From the IMG/VR virus record IMGVR_UViG_3300011115_000879, positions 1-64,000 of that record: a stretch of 64,000 nt of DNA. One strand, written 5' to 3'. Positions 38,761 to 47,142 of the stretch are shown one piece after another; within the stretch, counting starts at the first letter, position 1, and each line of letters begins with the position of its first letter. Under the pieces are notes generated by a model. It was given only the letters and a program-made list of their open reading frames with translations, was not told where the DNA came from and searched no databases. Made by a program: the position numbers and the translations under genes. Source of the stretch: a virus.

Positions 38761-39591
38761 ATGAACCAAGAAAGTAAAAAAAGAGGTCGTCCGTCAAAAG
38801 TACAGAACGTTACCTATGTCCCGTCATTAATTGACTTTTCAAACATTACAAAGTTAAATGAACTTAACATTGATAAAAAGATGTTAGAAGTAATGAAAAG
38901 TGGTTTACCTATAGATGAGTTGTTATCTGAAGAAGGTGGTATACCATGTGCTTCAAATTACATGATGATCGGTGATCCAGGAGTAGGTAAAACTACAGTA
39001 TTATTAGATTTATTATCAGCAGTCCAAAACAAAGGTCGTAAATGTTTATTCATAAGCGGCGAAATGGGACGTAAACAAATGTTCAAATATACAGAACGAT
39101 TCAAGCAGTTCGGTATTATACAAACATTATTCATGGCTGATTATATGTCATATAACACTAAAGACACAATTGAACAAGTATTAAATATGGGATGGGATTG
39201 TGTGTTGATTGATAGTGCAGCTGAAATAATCGATGGTGTACGTGATGATAATGGATGGGATAGAAAAACAGCTGAGGCATGGTTCGTTGATATATGCATC
39301 AAGCATAATAAGGGTGAAAATGAAGGTACTAAATTTACATCATTCCTTGCCATCCAACAAGTAACTAAAGCAGGTGAATTTGTAGGTAGTAATAAATTAA
39401 AACATCTATTCGATGCTATGGGTGAAATGAGACGTCAATCCGAGAAAGAAGGCGGAGATACTTATATTACATTTAGTAAGAATAGAAACGGAAATGCAGG
39501 TATTAAATTCAATTATCAATTAAACAACGATTCAATATATTATGGTAAAGTGGTTAAAGAAGAAAATGAAGATGATAGTGAGGCAGAATAA
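38761..39591 (+). CDS. RadA/Sms-like RecA-fold ATPase with N-terminal AT-hook
   Basis: KKRGRPSK; GDPGVGKT; ISGE; LIDS; QVTKAGEFVG..LKHLFD; KNR. Confidence 0.8.
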   Translation: MNQESKKRGRPSKVQNVTYVPSLIDFSNITKLNELNIDKKMLEVMKSGLPIDELLSEEGGIPCASNYMMIGDPGVGKTTVLLDLLSAVQNKGRKCLFISGEMGRKQMFKYTERFKQFGIIQTLFMADYMSYNTKDTIEQVLNMGWDCVLIDSAAEIIDGVRDDNGWDRKTAEAWFVDICIKHNKGENEGTKFTSFLAIQQVTKAGEFVGSNKLKHLFDAMGEMRRQSEKEGGDTYITFSKNRNGNAGIKFNYQLNNDSIYYGKVVKEENEDDSEAE

Positions 39592-39628
39592 TAATCGTAC
39601 ATTCACGTTAACCAAAAAATATAAAAAC

Positions 39629-40450
39629 ATGAAAAAAGAATTCAAAGTAGGCGACAAAGTAGTAATTAGTAAAAAATCTAGATTCTATGGAGATCATTAT
39701 TCAAATCCAACAGATGTGGACGGCACAATCACTAAGATTAGAGATGATTATGAAGGTCCTTTTAATGTTTTAGATATTAAAGTAGAATGGGATAATGGAA
39801 TGAAAAATTCATACAGTGAAATTGATTTAGAATTGGCAAAACAACAGTCATACATTCACGATAACCAAAACGATAAAAATATGAATAAAGCATTTAAAGT
39901 AGGTGATAAAGTAATGATTGATAGTAGTTCCGAATACTATAGTGATAACGATACTTCAAATCCAAGAGATGTGGAAGGCACAATTACTGAAATTGAAGGT
40001 GAGGATTGGCTTGGTGGATTGGGTATTATTGTTAAATGGGATAACGGAAAAATAAATGGCTACAATAAAGTAGATTTAAAATTGGCAAAGAAAGAATCGT
40101 ATATTCATGATGAAGAAAAAATTAACCAACCATTAAAACCTAAAGTTATGATTAAAGCAATTACAATTACAGATTTAGATCAAATTAAAGCGTTATGCGA
40201 AGCTATTCCTGGTATTAAATCTCAAGTACAGGATATGTACCCTGAGTTATTTGAAGTACATAAAGCAGGTAATAGATATGTTGATGTGTATGGTACTGAA
40301 TTTATATTAGCAACTGAACAAGGTGCAGTAGCATTAGTTGATTTAGAAACAGGTAAAATAGGTAAAACAGTATATGTTGATGACATTAATGATGTTACAG
40401 AAGATGAAATGGAGTTAGTATATAATGACAAAGAGTATACTTTAGCTTAG
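39629..40450 (+). CDS. Fused protein: two tandem SH3/KOW-like repeats plus C-terminal domain, with internal in-frame starts at 39881 and 40148
   Basis: FKVGDKV..SNP.DV.GTIT.I..V.WDNG..N.Y...DL.LAK twice; each ATG follows a promoter motif. Confidence 0.75.
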   Translation: MKKEFKVGDKVVISKKSRFYGDHYSNPTDVDGTITKIRDDYEGPFNVLDIKVEWDNGMKNSYSEIDLELAKQQSYIHDNQNDKNMNKAFKVGDKVMIDSSSEYYSDNDTSNPRDVEGTITEIEGEDWLGGLGIIVKWDNGKINGYNKVDLKLAKKESYIHDEEKINQPLKPKVMIKAITITDLDQIKALCEAIPGIKSQVQDMYPELFEVHKAGNRYVDVYGTEFILATEQGAVALVDLETGKIGKTVYVDDINDVTEDEMELVYNDKEYTLA

Positions 40451-40530
40451 ATATATTATTGGTTAGGTGGGTGCAGAAATGCGTTCGCCTATCTTTATGC
40501 TTGGCACAACTAAAATCGTATATTCACGTT

Positions 40531-40980
40531 ATGGAATTAGAAAAACGAATAGAGCAATACACACCTGTAAAATATAATCCTTATTATTGGTGGCGTCGTT
40601 TCAAACAACGAGAAACAAAACATCCTTATACAATTCTACAAACCAGAATTGAACATGGTGATTTCGAAGTAAGTGATTACCATTGGTGGATGATGTGGGA
40701 AGATAAATTAGAGCAAGACGCTATATCTAAAGAACGTAACGTAGATAAACAACATGAGTTGAGAGGATTATATGGTGAACGTAAACGACGATTAGCAACT
40801 GACTTTGAAAAAGACGAAGCAAAGATTAAATCAGAAATGTATAAAGCATTTAGAATAGAGTTTAGATTAAACGAAACAGAACTAGAAGATAAAATGATTA
40901 AATTCGACGGAACATTAAGTGAATTTTATTATGAATTAAAAAGTAAGCAACAAAATAAGATAGTATCACTCACGCGCTAG
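40531..40980 (+). CDS. Hypothetical protein
   Basis: YNPYYWWRRF; start moved to ATG 40531 after the promoter at 40503. Confidence 0.65.
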   Translation: MELEKRIEQYTPVKYNPYYWWRRFKQRETKHPYTILQTRIEHGDFEVSDYHWWMMWEDKLEQDAISKERNVDKQHELRGLYGERKRRLATDFEKDEAKIKSEMYKAFRIEFRLNETELEDKMIKFDGTLSEFYYELKSKQQNKIVSLTR

Positions 40981-41017
40981 GCAAGACTACGTATATACAT
41001 TCATTCAAAATTAAGTT

Positions 41018-41098
41018 ATGATAATAGCATTAGTAGTATTATTGATCGTTGTAATTGTCAAGTATATTATATTTGAAATTAAAAATCCGGGAATTTAG
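41018..41098 (+). CDS. 26-aa single-TM peptide
   Basis: MIIALVVLLIVVIVKYIIFEIKNPGI between two promoter motifs. Confidence 0.55.
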   Translation: MIIALVVLLIVVIVKYIIFEIKNPGI

Positions 41099-41142
41099 GC
41101 AAAGTAAATTCATTACATTTAATCAACCAAAACGATAAAAGT

Positions 41143-41352
41143 ATGTATTTAATCAAATTAACACAAGTATCTAAGGCGTTTGTTATTAAAGATACTAATA
41201 CTCGAAGAGAGTATACAGTAACATGGCGTAACTATACACCTAATCCATGGTTTATTGAAGATGAATATGAAGTAGAAATAGATCAGGAAACGGCATTAGG
41301 TGAAGATTTAATAGTGTTAGTACAAGACCAATTTGATGATTGGGCAAAGTAA
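41143..41352 (+). CDS. Hypothetical protein
   Basis: Own promoter at 41098; stop codon inside the next motif. Confidence 0.65.
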   Translation: MYLIKLTQVSKAFVIKDTNTRREYTVTWRNYTPNPWFIEDEYEVEIDQETALGEDLIVLVQDQFDDWAK

Positions 41353-41389
41353 TAGTCATATATTCACATTAACGAAATAAAATAATAGT

Positions 41390-41635
41390 ATGGGTAAGAA
41401 GAAGATGAATAATATAATAACTCAGGACGAAACGAATGATTTACTTCAGCGGGTGAGTGACCTGGAATATATGACAACAACATTGATTAGGGATAATATT
41501 GAGTTGGCTCAATTAAGTAGTGCGATGAAATGCTTGGTTGGCATGTATGAATGTGATATTATTGAGCTGCAAGATGCGCGTTTTTTTGCGCGTTTAAAGC
41601 GCTTTTTTGCGCCGCTTTTTGGTGGTATTAAGTAG
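41390..41635 (+). CDS. Hypothetical protein
   Basis: Own promoter at 41343. Confidence 0.55.
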   Translation: MGKKKMNNIITQDETNDLLQRVSDLEYMTTTLIRDNIELAQLSSAMKCLVGMYECDIIELQDARFFARLKRFFAPLFGGIK

Positions 41636-42057
41636 TGTTTTTGTATCGCAAGGGTGACGAACAATTGTTATGTGTGTATAATTGGATTTTGTGTTAAGGT
41701 ATGTTGTACGTTGTGTATGTGGAATGTTCGTTATGTGGGTGATGTGGCGTGTTGTGGCAGGTACATTTTTAGCCTTGCCTCTCCAAACACTTTTTTAAAG
41801 CAAAAGATATATACGATTTTTTTAGCACAATTTTGTACGTACATTCACTGAGGTAATAAGTTCTTATATTTATCGACGTACAACAGCATTATTTTGTTAT
41901 AAGGAACCGGCCTCGCCACAAGTTGAACGTAACGCTAATAATACTCAGTACACCACATATTTTTTTTGCAAAACTGTTACATAGGTAACGGCTTTCCTAC
42001 TGCTTGAATTGGCAAGATTTTGTTACTACATTCACCACGAACCAAAAATTAAGTGTT

Positions 42058-42702
42058 ATGAGAATTATTGATAAAGATTTTATTGTGGGTGGACATAAAG
42101 TAGGTGTTTACCAAGCGTACGTAGATATCGACCCTAATTTTGTACCAATGGAGCCGGGTGTACGTGTTTTACCAGCAGCTTTTTTTTCACAGAAGGATTT
42201 TTTTACACTCAAACGCCGCTACTTACCCGGTGATAAACCAACGTTCCCACAAGGTGGCTATGAGGTGTTCGGATCGGGAGGTGAGGTTCGCAGCTACGAT
42301 CTAGACGCCGTCATTTTGTATCCAGAAACACGCGCTCAGAAGAAGATCATCGACGCAATGGCTCCAGCTGACCCGGATGCTCCAACTCGTGGGCGTAAGG
42401 CTTCAAGCACACCGAAAGAGATAAAGATAACAAGCGGAAGACGTGGGCGCCCATCACTCAGTCAAGAAGATAAAGCCGCAAAGGAAGAAGCCGCTGCGGT
42501 TAAGGCTTCAAAGTCGGGAGGTAAGCGAGGAAGGCCGGCGCGTGAAGGTGGTCCGAAACCAATGAAGGAAGCAACAGGCGGTAAACGTGGACGCCCTAGA
42601 ATGACCGAGGCAGTTATCGCCCTTAAAGTGGCGGATAAGGCGCTTCGAGCGAGCAAGTCCGGCGGTAAGCGAGGTAGACCAGCAAGTACAAAACGTAAGT
42701 AA
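42058..42702 (+). CDS. Multi-AT-hook DNA-binding protein
   Basis: RRGRP once and KRGRP three times in a basic Ala/Lys-rich tail; start moved to ATG 42058. Confidence 0.75.
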   Translation: MRIIDKDFIVGGHKVGVYQAYVDIDPNFVPMEPGVRVLPAAFFSQKDFFTLKRRYLPGDKPTFPQGGYEVFGSGGEVRSYDLDAVILYPETRAQKKIIDAMAPADPDAPTRGRKASSTPKEIKITSGRRGRPSLSQEDKAAKEEAAAVKASKSGGKRGRPAREGGPKPMKEATGGKRGRPRMTEAVIALKVADKALRASKSGGKRGRPASTKRK

Positions 42703-42707
42703 CAATT

Positions 42708-42731
42708 AGCGCTCGTAAGAGCGCTTTTTTT
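42708..42731 (+). terminator. Intrinsic terminator
   Basis: AGCGCTC-GTAA-GAGCGCT followed by a T run. Confidence 0.85.
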
Positions 42732-42788
42732 ATGCTCGTGTTTGTCACAACTACTGTTGTACATTCATGTTAACCAAAAATTAAGGTT

Positions 42789-42980
42789 ATGATTTACAAA
42801 TTATGCATTTCGAAAAACAGAGTACAGTACCTAAAACAACAACTAGGTGATAATATTTTTGTCACTGATGAGGTTAGAGAAGATAACCTAGCTAGTGTGG
42901 AAGTAACCATCAACGATGACATGGACGCACTGAGTTTGTTCCATGCTGGAGTAATGGTTGGAATGAACGGCTCAGTATAA
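42789..42980 (+). CDS. Hypothetical protein
   Basis: Own promoter at 42744. Confidence 0.65.
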   Translation: MIYKLCISKNRVQYLKQQLGDNIFVTDEVREDNLASVEVTINDDMDALSLFHAGVMVGMNGSV

Positions 42981-43047
42981 ATAAATTAGGGCGGGGCAAA
43001 ATAAATGTTGTACATTCACATCACACAAATAATTAAAAATTAAGGTT

Positions 43048-43371
43048 ATGAGCAAGAAAAAAACAGTAGTAGCACCAGTAGAAACAATCGTAGTTAACAG
43101 TGTAAAAAGAGGCCGCCCAACGCTAGAAGGATCAGCGCGCCAAGCTAAATTAGCAGCACGTGCGGAGCGAGTTGCAGCGGGTGGATCAGTTGAGCGTGGG
43201 CGCCCGAGTAATCCAACGAGTGCTCGTCAAACTCGTCTAGCGGCTAGAGCAGCTAGGCTCGCGAGCGGAGTTGAGGTCAGAGCCGGCCGTCCAAAAGGTA
43301 CAGGTAAAACGGTGGAGGTAGAGGTGAGTGTGGAGCCGGTAGTTGAGGTGGGTGTTGGGGTTGAAGCCTAA
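43048..43371 (+). CDS. AT-hook repeat protein
   Basis: KRGRP, ERGRP, RAGRP separated by duplicated SARQ..LAARA helices. Confidence 0.72.
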   Translation: MSKKKTVVAPVETIVVNSVKRGRPTLEGSARQAKLAARAERVAAGGSVERGRPSNPTSARQTRLAARAARLASGVEVRAGRPKGTGKTVEVEVSVEPVVEVGVGVEA

Positions 43372-43424
43372 CACCCGGGCACAGCCCGCTTCGTACATTC
43401 ACATCGAACCAAAAATTAAAAATT

Positions 43425-43580
43425 ATGTACAGTTTAGATTGTTCTTTTTACACAGCGGAATTTACATGTATCGGTGATTTAGTAACTCACGTTATGCTTT
43501 TAGGTATGGATCCGAATTATGAGATCACTAGAAACGGAAAAGGTATTGGTGAGCAAGCAGCTGATTATCTTCAGTTTTAG
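43425..43580 (+). CDS. 51-aa hypothetical protein (not in ORF track)
   Basis: MYSLDCSFY..GMDPNYEITRNG; own promoter at 43378. Confidence 0.65.
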   Translation: MYSLDCSFYTAEFTCIGDLVTHVMLLGMDPNYEITRNGKGIGEQAADYLQF

Positions 43581-43627
43581 GCACAGTTTTTTTTGTACAT
43601 TCACGTTAACCAAAAAATATAAAGTAT

Positions 43628-43966
43628 ATGAAAGTATCAATTGAGCAAGCAGTAGTAAAAGTAAATGAGTGTATGTCTTCTGTTTTTACCAAGAATGATG
43701 TACTGAATTTGTTACAGAGTATTGAAATGAAAAAGGAAAATCTTGTGACTAAGGAGATGTTAGTGACTTTTGTTACTGACTATGTTGAAACACAAGTTGA
43801 GCGGTTAGATGCTGGGGATATTTTAGATCTTAGTACAGCTGAGTTTGATTTGAATGGTTGTGAGTTAAGTTTAGAAAGTGTTGATATTGACACAAGAGAT
43901 TTCACTAGAAACATTTTAGGAGAGATTGACGAAGCAGTTGATACTTTCTTGAATTACGATCTATAG
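43628..43966 (+). CDS. Acidic hypothetical protein
   Basis: Own promoter at 43580. Confidence 0.65.
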   Translation: MKVSIEQAVVKVNECMSSVFTKNDVLNLLQSIEMKKENLVTKEMLVTFVTDYVETQVERLDAGDILDLSTAEFDLNGCELSLESVDIDTRDFTRNILGEIDEAVDTFLNYDL

Positions 43967-44031
43967 ATAACTTAGAGCGGGGCTCGTCAGAGTCCCGTTC
44001 TTATATTTAATCAAACCAAAAACAATTAGTT

Positions 44032-44223
44032 ATGAATGAGTACGCTTACAACCAGTTATTATCTTTGTTACAACAAGCAGCTGCGATAGCAGAGGAGAAC
44101 AAGGACAATGTTACCAATTTTGATCTCGAGGATCTGGGGCTGTCGCTAGAAGGGATCATCCAGGAGATCGAGGACCTAGGAACATTTGTGGGTGAGGGTG
44201 ATGATGAGGAGTACGATAACTAG
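44032..44223 (+). CDS. Very acidic small protein
   Basis: Own hairpin-embedded promoter at 43986. Confidence 0.6.
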   Translation: MNEYAYNQLLSLLQQAAAIAEENKDNVTNFDLEDLGLSLEGIIQEIEDLGTFVGEGDDEEYDN

Positions 44224-44232
44224 GGGGATAAA

Positions 44233-44304
44233 GCCGCGTTGGTCAAGAGGTTAAGACGCCTCCCTTTCACGGAGGAATCACGGGTTCGAGTCCCGTACGT
44301 GGTA
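44233..44304 (+). tRNA. tRNA-Glu(TTC)
   Basis: CCTCC-CTTTCAC-GGAGG; ACGGG-TTCGAGT-CCCGT. Confidence 0.95.
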
Positions 44305-44361
44305 CAAGTTTTGTTTGGCACAATCAATTTTATACATTCACATTAACCAAAAATTAAGACA

Positions 44362-44574
44362 ATGGAAAAATTATCAAATGCAATCGAAATGTTTTTGTTC
44401 GACATGATCCCATCATTTTTGTATGGTGAGACAATTAGTGGAGTACCGATGAGTCAGGTGTCCAGGGGCTTCAACACCACTCACCCGCCAGTCCAGCTAA
44501 GTGAATTTGAATGGATACAGGAGTTTAGAGTGGGTTCGCTCCACAGAGTTGAGCAACGGGTTTTTTTGGGATAA
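44362..44574 (+). CDS. Hypothetical protein
   Basis: Own promoter at 44317. Confidence 0.6.
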   Translation: MEKLSNAIEMFLFDMIPSFLYGETISGVPMSQVSRGFNTTHPPVQLSEFEWIQEFRVGSLHRVEQRVFLG

Positions 44575-44621
44575 GGCAACGCTTTTTTTGTACATTTATT
44601 ACGAACCAAAAACATTAAATT

Positions 44622-45050
44622 ATGTCTACAAGATCATTAATCGGAAAACAAAACGCAGACAAAACAGTAACGTTTATTTATTGCCACCATGATGGCTACC
44701 CTAGTGGGGTGGGTGATACGCTCATCGAGTCTTACTCCACACCAGAGCAGGTGGATGGTTTACTCGCACTGGGGGATCTGAGTGTACTAGGGAGTGAGCT
44801 GGGTGAGCAACAGGATTTTAATAAACACACCCGTGATTGGTGTTTAGCGTACGGAAGGGATAGGGGTGAGACGGGTACTGAGGCTCAAACAATCGATCAA
44901 GAGATGTACGTGCGTGAGAATTTGAGGGGTGAGGAGTATAAGTATATTTATTCACTAAGCAAGAACTGGGTTTGTTATGGAAATGATGATGATGAGGACG
45001 ATGAGGAGTTCACCATCAAGTATCCAACAACAGAATCCAGTACAACATAA
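44622..45050 (+). CDS. Conserved phage protein (MSTRS..IYCHHDGYP..AYGRDRGE type)
   Basis: Motifs as named; own promoter at 44575. Confidence 0.75.
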   Translation: MSTRSLIGKQNADKTVTFIYCHHDGYPSGVGDTLIESYSTPEQVDGLLALGDLSVLGSELGEQQDFNKHTRDWCLAYGRDRGETGTEAQTIDQEMYVRENLRGEEYKYIYSLSKNWVCYGNDDDEDDEEFTIKYPTTESSTT

Positions 45051-45078
45051 GTTCATACTTTAATTTTAATGGTTAACC

Positions 45079-45110
45079 GGGCCGGAGTTTCTACTCCAGG
45101 CCCTCTCTTT
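45079..45110 (+). terminator. Hairpin/terminator after the inverted leader copy
   Basis: GGGCCGGAGT-TTCT-ACTCCAGGCCC-TCTCTTT. Confidence 0.65.
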
Positions 45111-45165
45111 ATGTTTGTAAGGCAGAATTAATTATGTACATTCACGTTAACCAAAAATTAAAAAT

Positions 45166-45390
45166 ATGATTGTTAAAATTTATCATTACGATTGTTCTTC
45201 AAATGAATTATTAAATGTAGATGTTATTGAGTGTAAAACACAAGAAGAATGTGAGTTAGAGATTATAAAACATCACTACCAAATTGATTATGACAATTGT
45301 AATACGGATTTAAGTGAAGAAGAGTATATTGAGAAATATAAAGTTAGTGACTTACAGTTTTATGAGAACTATGATTATGAAATTTGTTAG
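45166..45390 (+). CDS. Acidic hypothetical protein
   Basis: Own promoter at 45121. Confidence 0.6.
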   Translation: MIVKIYHYDCSSNELLNVDVIECKTQEECELEIIKHHYQIDYDNCNTDLSEEEYIEKYKVSDLQFYENYDYEIC

Positions 45391-45435
45391 TCAGAATTAG
45401 TTATGTATATTCACGTTAACCAAAAATTATTAGTT

Positions 45436-45630
45436 ATGAAAAAGTATTTAGTTGTTTCGTCTGAAAATGGTAATGATTTTTACATTGTAAATGATTTAAA
45501 AGAATTGATTGAAGAAATGTATGAGTTTGAATTAGTACAAAACGGAGAAACGTTTGAAAGTGTGAGTGAAAAATTATATAGATTCTATCAAGTGTTTGAA
45601 ATTGATGGTGAAATTAAAGTATTAAATTAA
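45436..45630 (+). CDS. Hypothetical protein
   Basis: Start moved to ATG 45436 after the promoter at 45390. Confidence 0.6.
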   Translation: MKKYLVVSSENGNDFYIVNDLKELIEEMYEFELVQNGETFESVSEKLYRFYQVFEIDGEIKVLN

Positions 45631-45683
45631 ACGTGGGTAGTCAGAAATGACTACCTATATTTATTCAAACCAAAAATTAAACC

Positions 45684-45845
45684 ATGAAGCAAGAAAAAGA
45701 TTACGCGTTCCAAGTAGTAGTATTCCTAGTATTATTAGTGATAGCAACAACCAGCTGTAGCCGCTATAGAGCAGTAGGATCAGATGGTAGGTGTATGTTT
45801 AAAAAACAAACCAATTATCAAATGACTAGGATAATTCGATTATAA
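45684..45845 (+). CDS. 53-aa putative lipoprotein (not in ORF track)
   Basis: Hydrophobic stretch then TTS-C; own promoter at 45640. Confidence 0.55.
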   Translation: MKQEKDYAFQVVVFLVLLVIATTSCSRYRAVGSDGRCMFKKQTNYQMTRIIRL

Positions 45846-45903
45846 AGCCAGTTGGACGTCAAAACTAGCAGCGTACATTCACATCGAACCAAAAATTAAT
45901 GAT

Positions 45904-46074
45904 ATGGCAAACATGAGCTACTGCAGATTCGAAAACACATACAACGACTTAAAGGACTGCCTTGAACACATTAATGATGAATGTGAAAATGAACGTGATG
46001 AGCGTTACAGACTCAGAATGATTGAGCTATTAGCACACGTACAAGATTCAATCGATTCAGATTATATCGATTAA
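45904..46074 (+). CDS. 56-aa phage protein (NMSYCRFENT type)
   Basis: MANMSYCRFENTYNDLKDC; own promoter at 45858. Confidence 0.7.
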   Translation: MANMSYCRFENTYNDLKDCLEHINDECENERDERYRLRMIELLAHVQDSIDSDYID

Positions 46075-46132
46075 ATAATCAGGGCTAGGCAAAACCAGCA
46101 GCGTACATTCACGTTAACCAAATAATTAGAAC

Positions 46133-46219
46133 ATGAACGAATTAAAGATTAAAATTACAGGCGTTACAATGATGTTAGCCTCAACAGCGTATTTAATAGT
46201 TTATATGCTCAATAATTAA
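46133..46219 (+). CDS. 28-aa TM peptide
   Basis: MNELKIKITGVTMMLASTAYLIVYMLNN; own promoter at 46088. Confidence 0.5.
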   Translation: MNELKIKITGVTMMLASTAYLIVYMLNN

Positions 46220-46276
46220 CAGGGCGGGGCAGAACAATAATCGTACATTTACATCAACCAAAAAAATATAAAGTAT

Positions 46277-46432
46277 ATGAAACAGTTAATCGCTTACAAA
46301 CGCTTCACAATTAAAGTAGTATCTGGATTTATGTTAGGCTGTATAGTCCTGGATGAAGTAATTGGAATAATGATTGGACCAATCCTCATTGAAATTGACT
46401 TCCCCAAACGCGAATCAAGTAATACAATGTAA
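46277..46432 (+). CDS. 51-aa hydrophobic protein
   Basis: Own promoter at 46228. Confidence 0.55.
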   Translation: MKQLIAYKRFTIKVVSGFMLGCIVLDEVIGIMIGPILIEIDFPKRESSNTM

Positions 46433-46488
46433 TCGGGGCTAGTCAGAATAATAAACATACATTTACATCGAACCAAAAATTGAGTATT

Positions 46489-46701
46489 ATGAAATTATTA
46501 AGTGGAATTATCAGTGTAATATTAGGATTCATGTCGTTATTCATCATGTTCGTTAAGGCGAAAACGGATGTAGAAATGGGAGTGGGATTTGGAGTGTTAC
46601 TAGCAGCAATCATCTTTATGTGCTTTATGATCATGGAAGAACAGAAGCAAGAAGTAGAGCGCCTGCGTGGAGTAATACTGAAGAGTAAGGGTATAATCTA
46701 A
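46489..46701 (+). CDS. 2-TM protein
   Basis: ATG 46489 after the promoter at 46442. Confidence 0.6.
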   Translation: MKLLSGIISVILGFMSLFIMFVKAKTDVEMGVGFGVLLAAIIFMCFMIMEEQKQEVERLRGVILKSKGII

Positions 46702-46721
46702 TCCACAGTCGATAGGCGGAT

Positions 46722-46758
46722 AAGTAAGGTGAGCGAGAAATCGCTCGCCATCTTACTT
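46722..46758 (+). terminator. Strong hairpin/terminator
   Basis: AAGTAAGGTGAGCGA-GAAA-TCGCTCGCCATCTTACTT. Confidence 0.7.
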
Positions 46759-46793
46759 GGATACTGGGCTCCGGGGCCGTATATTTACTCCAC

Positions 46794-47113
46794 GATCACC
46801 AACGTTAGTCCTCCATCCACACTGTATTCTTAACGCCCGCTTGGACACTACGTTTGGTGATCTTCCTTATCCTTCATATATTTATGAATGTTAAGAATAT
46901 AGTGCGGAAATAAAGACTCCACTCACATTCCCCAACATCAAACCAAGTACACAACCAGCTGAAAGTGCTGGGAGTTCCCCTAGCGGTGGCGGTAGCTAGG
47001 ATCAGAGCTGAATTCACATTGATGAATTAGCCGGGTTAAAATAAGCACGTGACAACGTTCCACGGTTTATCAGGCCCCGGCGGAACGGCTTCCTGTTAGA
47101 GATACGAGCGGAA
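46794..47113 (+). ncRNA. Candidate structured non-coding element
   Basis: Preceded by TTG-N20-TATATTTA; two interleaved ~18-bp stems plus five further hairpins; no credible ORF. Confidence 0.5.
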
Positions 47114-47142
47114 ATATAAATACAATAACCCCAACCCACGTT

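Noticed and set aside
41654-41851. Cys-rich 65-aa ORF
   Set aside because: A by-product of a TG-rich low-complexity tract; GTG start with no leader
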